Part shown: positions 10,396 through 20,246 of the stretch, piece by piece
Layout of the letters: every line of letters begins with the position of its first letter
Numbering within the stretch: the first letter of the stretch is position 1
NCBI GenBank assembly: GCA_965216565.1
Contig: OZ244170.1
Coordinates: 1,248,001 to 1,312,000, forward strand
DNA: 64,000 bases
Direction of reading: 5' to 3'
Source of the DNA: Bythopirellula sp.
Lineage (GTDB): Bacteria > Planctomycetota > Planctomycetia > Pirellulales > Lacipirellulaceae
Translations under genes and position numbers: made by a program
Notes under the pieces: generated by a model
The model's database searches: none
Told to the model about the DNA's origin: nothing
What the model saw: only the letters and a program-made list of their open reading frames with translations

Positions 10396-11118
10396 CTATT
10401 TGGGCGAGTATCTGTATCTCGAGGAAAAAGTGTCCGCCACCAGGGAATGCTGCTTTCCCCTCTTATGGAGTTCGTCTACCAGAGAATGAAATGGATCTTG
10501 AACTGAATAGTTTTTCGAAATCTCGATGAATCGGTTGGAATCTGACAGCACAATATGAGCGAGTTCGACTGGAGACAAGTCTAAGGCTGTCTTGGTAGAC
10601 TCTCTTGTTTGAAGCGAGAAGTTGTCCCAATCGTCGACGTTAGCTAAGTGATCGTAGTCTGAGGCGACAGACGGTATAGCTAGCCCAAGATCTGCCAAGC
10701 ATTCTTCTAGGAGAACCTCAAAGTCGTAGACGATAATCAGACCATTCGGATTGCATGCCCTACTTAATTGATCTTCTAGCGACATACTTTTTGCGTAGTA
10801 CAATGATCCGGCGAACGTGACTATGTCAACAGACTGCTCAATAGCGCATTTGCTAAGGCTCTCTGCATTGCCGCAAATATAAGATACCTTTGGATGCTCA
10901 ACCGCATCGGCGAGCATAGCCGAGCTTGGGTCTAGGCCAATTACCTGGTCGCAATAGTTTGCCAAAGCGATGGCGGAGTATCCCGTGCCGCACCCGATGT
11001 CTATGCCGAGAGGGAACTTCTCGCTTTCGTCTAGTACCGTCGCGAGTGTAGGTGCGTGCAAGGGAGGACGAAATTCAGAATAGTGATGTGCCACCAACTC
11101 GTTGTAATGTTCATCCAT
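10396..11118 (-). CDS. Class I SAM-dependent methyltransferase
   Basis: IDIGCGTG motif I, GLDPSSAML, GNAE. Confidence 0.88.
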   Translation of the reverse strand: MDEHYNELVAHHYSEFRPPLHAPTLATVLDESEKFPLGIDIGCGTGYSAIALANYCDQVIGLDPSSAMLADAVEHPKVSYICGNAESLSKCAIEQSVDIVTFAGSLYYAKSMSLEDQLSRACNPNGLIIVYDFEVLLEECLADLGLAIPSVASDYDHLANVDDWDNFSLQTRESTKTALDLSPVELAHIVLSDSNRFIEISKNYSVQDPFHSLVDELHKRGKQHSLVADTFSSRYRYSPK

Positions 11119-11149
11119 GCTTTGCCCGCTAAGCTTCTGCGTGAGCTAT

Positions 11150-12568
11150 CTAGCTTCCAGGATCTCGCTTGCGAATGATCCTACTACGGGAAAAAGCCAG
11201 CCCGCTCAGCAGGATGAAGAGAGAATGTGGCTCGGGAACGGAAGCTAAAGTTTCCAAACTACTGGTTGATGTGAAATTCTGTTGCCATATCAAAAAGTCT
11301 AGGCCGTCTGATCGTCCGTCTTCGTTTGCGTCTGAGTTGGCGTTGATCCCATAGTCACCAGCCCATTGCAGCAAGTCAGCACCATCTACAACTAGATCGC
11401 CATTGAAATCGCCCAAGATAGGATCGACGACTTCGGTAGCATCATGAATAGCCTGAGTTAAGGCTAGGTAGTGAGATCGTCCCAGGCTATCTAGCTGTGT
11501 ATCGAATGTATCCTGTCCCAGTTCCCAGCCGAAAAGGGTGTGCAAGTTTTCTTGACGGATAAAGTCGGCTTTTCCCTGGACGCTTCCCGGACCATCAAAA
11601 CCCCAGCCTTGATAAGTTATTGCAGAGTCGGCCAGCCATTGCCCAGTGTTATTTCTATGAACAGCATCTCGAACTGCATAGGTATCGCTGTTCGAAAACG
11701 GATTCACCAAGGGCCTGGCAAAATACCCAACGCCGATTCCCAGTTTCGATTTATCGAAACCCTGATTGACCCATCCGTTAACGATATTCTGAGCGGCAAC
11801 TAACGAAGTGTGATTCCCGGAAGGGTCTGCGTGGGGGGCGTCATACGTGCCAAGGCGCAATGCATCGATATTGTTGATAATCGCGTTGCCCGAGGTGTAG
11901 CGAAAGTCTTGAATGAATGCCGACTGCGTCTCTTGACCTTGCAAGATGTTTCGAATGGCAGCGGTCAGATTCGCGTAAGACCCTGCATTGTTCTGCATGT
12001 TCGGACAATTGGCTATACTGCAACCGTCTTCCCAATCTAGATCGATACCAGTTAGCTTTCCGCCAGACAGGTCTAAGATTCTACGAACCTGATCAGCAGC
12101 GAACGCGGCCTTTGAACCCGGGCCAGTGCCATCGGTAAAGACGTGAAAGTTGGTGCTGTTTTCCCAGCCACCGATCGTAAACGTCGTGGTTGTCGATGGG
12201 GAAACACTTGCAACCTTGTTGTAGGTATCTACCATCCGACTGACTCGGCTATCGCTCAAGTTGATCGACCAGGTAGAAGAATCGCTCGGATTGGGCATGT
12301 TAAGTACAGCCGAACCCCCGGTCCCGCCCGGGCCATTGTTTCCGACCGCGATGGTTCCGTCGGGGCGGAAACGAAACTCTCCAAAGTAGGTAATTTCGTC
12401 CAGCAGTTGAACTTGGTCCGAAAACGGGCCATTCAGAAAAGCACTACTCGCTCGCCACTGCGGCAAATAGCCTGCCGTATGTATCTGCTGAGCAAATGAG
12501 AGAGAGGCAAAGGAAAACAGAATAATTACGACGCAGACGAATCGGGAACAAGCGTGAGACATGGACAA
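11150..12568 (-). CDS. GH18 glycoside hydrolase + dockerin/EF-hand-like module + PEP-CTERM anchor
   Basis: Signal peptide; TIGGW; GIDLDWED; TYD; FGWELGQD; GDFNGDLVVDGADLLQW; VPEP-TM-basic tail. Confidence 0.85.
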   Translation of the reverse strand: MSMSHACSRFVCVVIILFSFASLSFAQQIHTAGYLPQWRASSAFLNGPFSDQVQLLDEITYFGEFRFRPDGTIAVGNNGPGGTGGSAVLNMPNPSDSSTWSINLSDSRVSRMVDTYNKVASVSPSTTTTFTIGGWENSTNFHVFTDGTGPGSKAAFAADQVRRILDLSGGKLTGIDLDWEDGCSIANCPNMQNNAGSYANLTAAIRNILQGQETQSAFIQDFRYTSGNAIINNIDALRLGTYDAPHADPSGNHTSLVAAQNIVNGWVNQGFDKSKLGIGVGYFARPLVNPFSNSDTYAVRDAVHRNNTGQWLADSAITYQGWGFDGPGSVQGKADFIRQENLHTLFGWELGQDTFDTQLDSLGRSHYLALTQAIHDATEVVDPILGDFNGDLVVDGADLLQWAGDYGINANSDANEDGRSDGLDFLIWQQNFTSTSSLETLASVPEPHSLFILLSGLAFSRSRIIRKRDPGS

Positions 12569-12626
12569 CCAGATTTCTCAGACCAGAGTCTATTCGATTT
12601 GTAAACTACAATAGAAGAGTTGTAAA

Positions 12627-13976
12627 TCAACACGAGGTGAGGCGTTGGCGACTGGCTATCAGCAATGTACCAGCAAGTGCCAGTAGAGCAGAAGTAGGTT
12701 CTGGAACCGAGGCTGAAGCCGCGGCCAGTGATCCTCCGCTGGCATTAGCATTTTGCTGCCATATTAGAAAATCAAGACCATCGGAGTCGCCATCCGTGTC
12801 GGCATCGCTGCCCCCATTGATGCCGTAGTCGCCCTCCCATTGCGAGAGATCATCTCCATCTACAGAGCCATCGTTGTTGAAGTCGCCGGGAGTTGGAGCA
12901 AGACTCGTAAGCTTGTCCGCTGCGACTCTTAGCATGGAATTTGCATTATTGGAGTCTAGGTCTTGTCCCATTTCCCAAATAAAAACGTGCTGTAGCCCTT
13001 CATCGTGGGCTAGCTGAATCCGATCTTCGATCGTGGTTTGATCGGGAATCCAAACTGTCTGTCCAGATATAGAGTAGTAGCCATTTCCCAGTGGAGTCCC
13101 GTTGTTTGCAAGGTCCGCGAAGGTGTAGGCATCGTTGCCAAAAACGTTGCGGCCGTAGAAGGGTAGTCCAACGCCAAGGCTATTGGCCGCAACATCGTTG
13201 CCCCAAGAACTGTTAGTCCACACCCATGGTCGCTGCGAGTTGGCGCTGATAGGATCCGTCCAAGCGTCGACAGCATCTTCTACGTACTCATGTAAAGAAT
13301 GCTCGCCATCGTTGGGGTTGCCAGGGTCGTTCCCCCACCAGCCCATGTCGTAGGTCATCAACGAGATTCCATCTATTGCATCTGGTCCCGATAGTACACT
13401 ATTAGAGATCACCACCGAGGGGGCTACCGTGGCATAGACGCGTTTGTCGGCTCCGACCTCTTGCTTAATCCGTTTGAGTAGTGCCGGATAAGTTGTTGTT
13501 CGTTCTGTGCCTGCGTCGGGATGTTCCCAATCGATATCGACTGCAGTCGCACCCGTTTCGTCGAGTAGATCATCAATATTTTGTGCAAGTGTAGCTCTCA
13601 GTGTCGAACTTGCCGCAATACTTGAAAAGACCGAGTCCACGCTGGCACCCCCCAGCGTGATGTCGAGCCGAGGACGTTCGTGCTCTGGCAAGCTATCGAT
13701 GATACCCTTGATCGTAGCGATGTTGTTTTTCTGTGATGCCACACTTCCCGAGAGAGAGGCAATCTCCCCGCCACTTGTTACACTCAAGCCAAAGTATCGA
13801 ACCTCATCCAGTATCGAAAGCTGGTCCGGGAGGATGTTATTCACGTAGTTGCTGTTAAGCCGATAGTGCGGTACATATCCGACAAGTTCTACCCCTTGCG
13901 AACGACTCGGCAGTATAAGCAAAGCCGTGAGTAGTAACAGGGCTGAAAGCAGTCTCGCGATATTGCTTGAGATCAT
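12627..13976 (-). CDS. GH18 glycoside hydrolase + dockerin/EF-hand-like module + PEP-CTERM anchor
   Basis: Start at MISSNIARLL gives a signal peptide and avoids overlap with GH20; TLGG; VDIDWEHP; LMTYD; GLPFYGR; IWEMGQD; GDFNNDGSVDGDDL; VPEP tail. Confidence 0.88.
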   Translation of the reverse strand: MISSNIARLLSALLLLTALLILPSRSQGVELVGYVPHYRLNSNYVNNILPDQLSILDEVRYFGLSVTSGGEIASLSGSVASQKNNIATIKGIIDSLPEHERPRLDITLGGASVDSVFSSIAASSTLRATLAQNIDDLLDETGATAVDIDWEHPDAGTERTTTYPALLKRIKQEVGADKRVYATVAPSVVISNSVLSGPDAIDGISLMTYDMGWWGNDPGNPNDGEHSLHEYVEDAVDAWTDPISANSQRPWVWTNSSWGNDVAANSLGVGLPFYGRNVFGNDAYTFADLANNGTPLGNGYYSISGQTVWIPDQTTIEDRIQLAHDEGLQHVFIWEMGQDLDSNNANSMLRVAADKLTSLAPTPGDFNNDGSVDGDDLSQWEGDYGINGGSDADTDGDSDGLDFLIWQQNANASGGSLAAASASVPEPTSALLALAGTLLIASRQRLTSC

Positions 13977-14002
13977 CTCTAATCTTTCGCTTTTGTAGGC
14001 TC

Positions 14003-16711
14003 TTAGTTCACCTGAAAGTTTTTTTCGCGCACAGTGCATGGCCGACCAGAGCGGCCATTGCTTGTGAATACACTTATCGTAGCTGTCGAACCTACTTCAA
14101 CTGGTTCGGTATAGATTTTGGAGTCTGTTTGAGGCTCACTCCCATCGGTGGTGTAGCGGAGCGTGAGGCCGGGAAAAGCAACATTTGCTTTTAATACTCC
14201 ATCCTTAATCAATGCACCTGGGTCTGGGATTCGATATTCAAAGCCGCCCAGGATGTGGTCTAGCCTGGGAAGTTCAATTGTTCCCAACTGGCGAGCAAAG
14301 CGGCTCCAAGATTTGTGAAAAGCCAATTGCCAGTCCCTGTCCAGGTCTTCGCTGGCCCAGACTGGCTTTTGCGACCATGCCCTTTCTGCCAAGGCAATAA
14401 GTCTGGGAAAAGCCATGTATTCCAATCTCTCTTGGCCTTTCAGGTTCTCTCCCCACAACTGTCCTTGAATTCCCAGGACATGCTTCTTGCCTTTTTCAGT
14501 TAGTCGCGTTCGCCGGTCAATGTTCTCCGTCGAGATGTCATGGCCAAAAATGTCTTGAGGCGTTCTTGCCAGAAAATTAAGCGGTGCAAATGAGTAGGCT
14601 GTTTTTGTGTCTACAAATCCCGCCCAATAATATCCAGGCTCTTTGGGGTCCTTATTGTAAGCCAAATCAAAATACAAATGGGTAGCGTTGCACAGCACGA
14701 CGTTCACGCCCGAATTGGCTAGACGGTAGGCCATATCCTCCTGCCCCCAACCCCAAACATTGTTCCATACATAACAATGGAAGCGGTCGCTCAAGAACCG
14801 TTGATATGCCGATCCTTGAGCCACTTGGGCTCTTTTCATGTCGTTGAGAAAGACCTCTTCCCAAGCTCCAGCAACAATCTTCTCCTCCGCTGGCAAAAAC
14901 TCCGTAACTCTGGAGAAGAAGTCTGCCATTGCGTCCTTGCCCCTGAACGTTCGATTCTCGTCGCTCGGATAGTGCTGCTTACATTCAGGGGATTCATCCC
15001 ATACGCCTTCGGGCACTTCGTCTCCACCAAGATGAACGGTAGTGAGTCTTGCTCCTGCTTCTGCGTAAATGGTTCGGATATCTGCCAGAACATGCTGAAC
15101 GAAGGAATAAGTTGAATCTTGGCAGACGTTCACCACATTATCGTTCCACATCTGAACCGACTCATAAGCCGAGTTGTCCTGGGGATCATGAAGAAGGAAT
15201 TCCTTGGCCTCTTTCTCCCGACCTTCAGCATGCAATCGTTCGTGACGAACTGCCATTGCCTGGATTGCCGCTCTCGCATGCCCGGGTAAATCTATTTCTG
15301 GGATCACGTCAATGTGACGTTCTGCAGCAAATTGAAGAATCTCAATGAACTCTTCGCGTGAGTAATAGCCACTGCCATGACTATCGGTGGCATCGGGTCC
15401 CGAACCGAAGGAAGGTGGCAAGGCCGTCTTACCATCCTCCGAGAATGCCCTTGTAGATCCGATTTCGGTCAACTCCGGCAACTCAGCGATTTCCAGCCGC
15501 CATCCCTCATCGTCGGTGAGGTGAAAATGAAACTTGTTCAATTTGTAGAACGACATCATCTCCAAGAGACGTTTTACTGCGTCTGGTTCCTGGAAGTTGC
15601 GCGCTACATCTAGGTGCAAGCCACGATAACCAAATCGTGGGGCATCGACGATTGCAACCGCCTCCACGGTTAGTTCGTCCTGAGATTGCTTGTAGGCATC
15701 GACTGCCAGCCAGGCACGGAGAGTTTGAATGCCATAGAATACACCGGTGGGATCGGTGCCCGTTATGGAGATACCAGATTCTTGATCAATGATCAGTTGA
15801 TAGGCATGACTTCCCGACGTTTTGGCATTTCCATCTACACTCAAATCCTGCAACGACAAAACAATGGTGCTTCTGGTCGGTTTCAGAGTGTCTTGGTTCG
15901 TCTGCAATCGGTCTCCCATTAAGGGCTGCAGAGCAGCGGCGAGATAGGCAGCTTCTTGCTCGAGTTGCGGACCTGCCACAATCGCCGTTTGGCTAGTGAT
16001 TGAGAAAGTTCCGGGTCGACGCTCGCAGGAAACGGGCGTCGGCAAAATTCTGTCGCTTTTCTTAACCGGAACTTGAGACAAGCTTTCATTCTCTCGAAAG
16101 CGAGAATGAGCAGTTGGCACTACTATTTGATCATCGCGAGTCCGCATCGTCTGATGTTTACTAGTAATTGGTCCAACAACTGCATCGCCCAGCGATTCGA
16201 CAATTTGTTGACGTCGCACATTGTCGGCACTTACCAAATAGAAACCGCTCGGTGCATCGCTTTCTTTGATAACTGAATAATTGGTGTGAAAACGGATTGC
16301 TCGTTGTGTTCCCGGGCGAAACGGTAGAAAACTTTCTTCTGGCTCAAGACAAAACAAATCGCCGTTGATATGCTTCAGCCGAACCCCTTCTGTGATGCCA
16401 TGAGGAAGAATCTTTCGACAGAAATTGAAATAGATCTGCCAGCCATTATTCCCAAACGTTTGACTGCTATTGTTCTTCAGAACAAGTTCGGAAGTGGAAG
16501 GCCCCGCAGAAGTGCTGGAGCCGTTCTCAATGATTTTCCATGCGATAGAAATCGCTCGTGCTTCAGCGTGAGACGAGCCCGGATTGGCAAACACGCTATA
16601 GGCAGCGAACAATGCGCACGCCACGATAAAGAAACTCATCATGAGGTTCTTGGTCCAATGGTTCGGCTTTGTTGTCAAAAAGAGTACTGCCTTCTTATGC
16701 AGAGTGGTCAT
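14003..16711 (-). CDS. GH20 beta-N-acetylhexosaminidase (chitobiase type, with N-terminal carbohydrate-binding and C-terminal CHB_HEX_C-like domains)
   Basis: RFGYRGLHLDVARNF, HFHLTDDEGWR, IPEIDLPGH, catalytic HLGGDE, GIQGQLWGE, RYTTDGSEP; start uncertain (16780/16711/16642). Confidence 0.93.
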   Translation of the reverse strand: MTTLHKKAVLFLTTKPNHWTKNLMMSFFIVACALFAAYSVFANPGSSHAEARAISIAWKIIENGSSTSAGPSTSELVLKNNSSQTFGNNGWQIYFNFCRKILPHGITEGVRLKHINGDLFCLEPEESFLPFRPGTQRAIRFHTNYSVIKESDAPSGFYLVSADNVRRQQIVESLGDAVVGPITSKHQTMRTRDDQIVVPTAHSRFRENESLSQVPVKKSDRILPTPVSCERRPGTFSITSQTAIVAGPQLEQEAAYLAAALQPLMGDRLQTNQDTLKPTRSTIVLSLQDLSVDGNAKTSGSHAYQLIIDQESGISITGTDPTGVFYGIQTLRAWLAVDAYKQSQDELTVEAVAIVDAPRFGYRGLHLDVARNFQEPDAVKRLLEMMSFYKLNKFHFHLTDDEGWRLEIAELPELTEIGSTRAFSEDGKTALPPSFGSGPDATDSHGSGYYSREEFIEILQFAAERHIDVIPEIDLPGHARAAIQAMAVRHERLHAEGREKEAKEFLLHDPQDNSAYESVQMWNDNVVNVCQDSTYSFVQHVLADIRTIYAEAGARLTTVHLGGDEVPEGVWDESPECKQHYPSDENRTFRGKDAMADFFSRVTEFLPAEEKIVAGAWEEVFLNDMKRAQVAQGSAYQRFLSDRFHCYVWNNVWGWGQEDMAYRLANSGVNVVLCNATHLYFDLAYNKDPKEPGYYWAGFVDTKTAYSFAPLNFLARTPQDIFGHDISTENIDRRTRLTEKGKKHVLGIQGQLWGENLKGQERLEYMAFPRLIALAERAWSQKPVWASEDLDRDWQLAFHKSWSRFARQLGTIELPRLDHILGGFEYRIPDPGALIKDGVLKANVAFPGLTLRYTTDGSEPQTDSKIYTEPVEVGSTATISVFTSNGRSGRPCTVREKNFQVN

Positions 16712-16900
16712 TATAGCACACCGGCAGCGCCTGGTTGCATTGCTGTTAGGACCCGTTTTTGTGCGGCCTGGTCGTGACATGAGAATTGTGGGGATGGCAA
16801 TTATTCAGCCAACTATTGTGGCCAACAACAAAGAGTCACGAGCTGGATAAGCAAATGCGTGACAATCTGGCTTTCGTAGGGCAAGGCACAATCAAGTGGC

Positions 16901-18127
16901 TTAACCTTTGACAAATGTATTACTGCTGGAGCCGTTGCCTGCCCCAGAGAATCTTACATATCCATCAAGGTCGGGCACTAACGAGTCGGTAAGGCAGTTG
17001 ATCACGCTGGCGATTGTGCCATCTAGAATTCCACCACTGGCATGCTCAAACTTGCAACTATTGAAAGATGGCTTGAGTGCGTAATGCTCTGCCTTTTCTA
17101 CAAGCAAGTCGAGCAGTTGAGGGTGTTCCTTAAAAAGACGACCGTAGACATAAAACTTACCTGGATTGACTATGTTGATCACATAGGCAACGCCCAGCGC
17201 CAGATTCTCGCACATTTTTTCAAGTTCGATCTCTACTTGTGTATCACCTGTTCGGTACATCTCGAGGATTTCACTAATCTTGACGGATCTACGCAAGAGA
17301 AGAGACATTCTCGCCTCCAGGGCCCACTCACTAGCCACCGTTTCCAGGCACCCTTTCTTGCCACACGGACAAAGCTCGCCATTGGGAGTGATCGTGATAT
17401 GGCCGAGTTCTCCCGCAAAGCCGTTATCGCCAGTTAGGAATTGGCCATCGATCATCAACCCCAAACCAACTCCGCCACACAGATCTAGCATCGCAAAGCT
17501 TGAATCATTGCCACCGTTCCCATGAAGCCGTTCGGACAATGATAGCGCATGCGAATCGCGAACCACCAAACATTCGAGCCCCAGCAGACTTTGGAGATCT
17601 TTGCCTACTGTCTTGCCGTTGATTAATGGGAGGTTCGCGGATAACACGACCCGCTGATCCTGATAGTCAATAATCGCTGGAACGCTGAGCCCTACTCCTA
17701 GAGTCACTTTGCCATTGGTAGGCATAAGCTTCTTGATATTACTCGTGATGTGAATGAGAAGCGAGTCGTAGGTGGTAGGAGTCGGAAAGCTCAGAGAGCA
17801 GCCTTCGTTGAACTCACCGTTAAGGCTTGCCGAAGCGACTTTGCATTCAGTACCGTCAATTGCAACGCCTATGATCTGAGAGTTTTCGCTGGCAAGGCGT
17901 AGTCGCTTGGCAGGCCGACCCCGCCCTATGGAGGCTTCCTCATACTCTTCCAGCAGCTTGGATTCAAGAAGAGACGAAACAGCCTTGGCAACTGTCGGAA
18001 AGGTGATACCGATCGACTTGGACATTTCGGCACGTGTCGACGGACCTCTCTCTTGGATCATTCTCAGCACAAGACGTTCGTTGATCTTGCTTAGAAGTCT
18101 AGGCTGAATAGGAGATGACTCATTCAT
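16901..18127 (-). CDS. ROK-family (NagC/XylR-like) transcriptional repressor
   Basis: N-terminal wHTH (STRAEMSK...GRGRP), GFAGELGH, CPCGKKGCLE zinc motif. Confidence 0.92.
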   Translation of the reverse strand: MNESSPIQPRLLSKINERLVLRMIQERGPSTRAEMSKSIGITFPTVAKAVSSLLESKLLEEYEEASIGRGRPAKRLRLASENSQIIGVAIDGTECKVASASLNGEFNEGCSLSFPTPTTYDSLLIHITSNIKKLMPTNGKVTLGVGLSVPAIIDYQDQRVVLSANLPLINGKTVGKDLQSLLGLECLVVRDSHALSLSERLHGNGGNDSSFAMLDLCGGVGLGLMIDGQFLTGDNGFAGELGHITITPNGELCPCGKKGCLETVASEWALEARMSLLLRRSVKISEILEMYRTGDTQVEIELEKMCENLALGVAYVINIVNPGKFYVYGRLFKEHPQLLDLLVEKAEHYALKPSFNSCKFEHASGGILDGTIASVINCLTDSLVPDLDGYVRFSGAGNGSSSNTFVKG

Positions 18128-18219
18128 AAGTTTGTCTCATTCTTCCTTGTGTGGTGCTTTCCACGTAACTACTCTTTGGCGTTAAGCGCTAGGCAAAATC
18201 CTCTTGATTCGAGGTACGC

Positions 18220-19236
18220 CTACTGCAAAGCTCCCTCAATTACTTCTTCTCCCGCGATGCTGCTACTAGCTCGCCAGGCAACGATGTCGATCGAATCTAA
18301 GGCAAATCTGACTGATCCATCGCACATGGCTACGTTGACTCCTGCAGGGTGACGACTGCGTGAAGCAGCCCTTGTCAAACTTGCTGGCGATGTCGGTTCG
18401 TTGCATGGAGGATTTGGGAGCTCCGGATTGCACTCCCCCCTTCCATAAAAAACGTCTGGTTCAAAGGAATTTGGGACAGTAAAAGTTTCGAACCCCGTAG
18501 CCCATCCCCACCAAGTCAGTCCGCGATGATCGCGGTTTTGCCCCTGTACTGTTTCCGAAGCCAGCATCGTATTGCTTAGGCCATCCGTTATCTCGCGGTA
18601 CGAAATAACTTTTGTGTCAACGATCTTTCCGACGGTAGCAGAGCCAGTGATAAAGTCGAAGCCAGCGAAGGGGCCACGCAAGTGTTTTACAAACTCAGGG
18701 CTCGCAGGACCGTGGTGATCCAGCCCAAAGTGATTAGTGTTGCCATAATTGGCTACATAATTGTGATAAGTGATTCCTTGATCAAAGATTTGAGGCGAGT
18801 CGCTAGGGCAAGTCAGAGAGGAAAGTCTTGCCTGAGAAACGATGATGTTGTTGATTGTCAGCGAAGTATCAAGCGGAGCGCTAGGCGATTTATTCTCAGA
18901 ATCGTATTTATAGGCACTATCAAAGAACTGAGAGTTCTTCGGCAAAAAAGCGTACAAGTCTCCAAGCTGCGCTTGTTCCATGAAGGGAAGTATCGCCATC
19001 TGCCAAGTTCCCCAACAACAGCTGATGTTTCCAATAGGAAGTTCCCGGTTGGTGTCATGGTAGTTCTGCAATGCCAAGCCAACCTGTTTAAGATTGTTCA
19101 CACACTGCGCACGACGAGCAGCTTCCCGCGCCGCTTGCACAGCAGGCAAAAGCAAGGCTACCAGCGTGCCGATGATGGCAATTACTACCAATAGCTCCAC
19201 GAGTGTGAATCCAGTCTGCGACTTTCTCATTCTCAT
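18220..19236 (-). CDS. DUF1559 prepilin-type N-terminal cleavage/methylation protein
   Basis: [58 protein letters not shown] (H-X9-DG). Confidence 0.95.
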   Translation of the reverse strand: MRMRKSQTGFTLVELLVVIAIIGTLVALLLPAVQAAREAARRAQCVNNLKQVGLALQNYHDTNRELPIGNISCCWGTWQMAILPFMEQAQLGDLYAFLPKNSQFFDSAYKYDSENKSPSAPLDTSLTINNIIVSQARLSSLTCPSDSPQIFDQGITYHNYVANYGNTNHFGLDHHGPASPEFVKHLRGPFAGFDFITGSATVGKIVDTKVISYREITDGLSNTMLASETVQGQNRDHRGLTWWGWATGFETFTVPNSFEPDVFYGRGECNPELPNPPCNEPTSPASLTRAASRSRHPAGVNVAMCDGSVRFALDSIDIVAWRASSSIAGEEVIEGALQ

Positions 19237-19300
19237 TTTTGCGAACTCCTAATTAGTTTCGACCAAGCATCTATTTAGACTATTTAGACTCTCCGCCAAT

Positions 19301-19783
19301 CTATTCGCTGCTAATTTCAAATACGAAGTGGTTGTCACCTTCAGGAGTCAGCTCCACAGTTTCTTCGCTCTTGACATTGTATTTGGCTGGGATCAACTCT
19401 TTTGCAACCGAACCAGCCGGCTTGCCCGATGCGTCTTTTAGAATTATGCGAGGTGCATCATCATCGACGGCAGTGATACTTATGTGGTAAGTCCCTGGCA
19501 AAAGGCCCTTTTCTCTTGGAATGGCATACTTGCCGTCCTTGATCATTGCCCCAGTGGCGGACTGTTTTACACCTTCGGTGGATGAGAGGCGAATTGTCCC
19601 GCGCTCAATGGGCACACCATCCAAAGAGACTTCGCCACTTATTCCCAGCAGTCCAGTGTCGGGACCGCAACCAGTTAGCAAGATTGCAGCGATAGTGATC
19701 CAGAGCCATCTTGTCGAAGCATGCGGAGAAGACCGGCCATCATTCGCACTGACGAATCTCTTATCCAGCTTTTGATGGTGCAT
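19301..19783 (-). CDS. Planctomycete lipoprotein typically paired with DUF1559 (carboxypeptidase-regulatory-like fold)
   Basis: Lipobox LTGC, SGEVSLDGVP, GLLPGTYHISI, IPAKYN. Confidence 0.8.
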   Translation of the reverse strand: MHHQKLDKRFVSANDGRSSPHASTRWLWITIAAILLTGCGPDTGLLGISGEVSLDGVPIERGTIRLSSTEGVKQSATGAMIKDGKYAIPREKGLLPGTYHISITAVDDDAPRIILKDASGKPAGSVAKELIPAKYNVKSEETVELTPEGDNHFVFEISSE

Positions 19784-20028
19784 TTCTTGGTTTCTCAGTT
19801 CTAAATGGGATGGCTGCCGGAGGTTGCCGCCGGAAGTTTTAAGTATCCCTATGGAAGTCTATGCTTAGGCAGCACCTCAGTCCTGCGAGCACTTATCTTA
19901 AACGATATTTATTATTCATGTCAACACTTTGTGGATTATCGGAGGAAGGTAGCCTTTTTATTCAAATTTGTGCCCTTATGGAGGGGTTGCCATCGATCTC
20001 AGTAAGTTTTTTGGATATTTTATTGCAA

Positions 20029-20049
20029 TTATTTTACGTCGTGATATAA
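20029..20049. promoter_or_regulatory. NagC/ROK-like operator palindrome TTATTTTACGTCGTGATATAA
   Basis: 21-bp dyad, 8 of 10 arm pairs symmetric, in the divergent promoter region, directly after TTGCAA (20023-20028). Confidence 0.55.
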
Positions 20050-20246
20050 ATAGTTTCAGTGGTCGTTTGGAGAGCTTGTTGCGCCTGCCATTCCTCTTAA
20101 ACGACTCTACTTGCGTAATTAAGCTGATTAGCAGATTTTCAAGCCCCTTTCAACAGTATAAGGCGTCAGTCGTGTTGTCGCTGCATTGCGGCATCGACAG
20201 CAAGTCTTTCAAGCTAGTCTCAGATTCAAGAAAGGAATTAGACCTG

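Noticed and set aside
13977..14039. N-terminal extension of the 470-aa GH18 ORF
   Set aside because: Overlaps the GH20 3' end; ATG 13976 gives a clean signal peptide
19968..20246. 93-aa N-terminal extension of the PEP-CTERM ORF
   Set aside because: Runs through the AT-rich promoter/operator; RBS and signal peptide support ATG 20247
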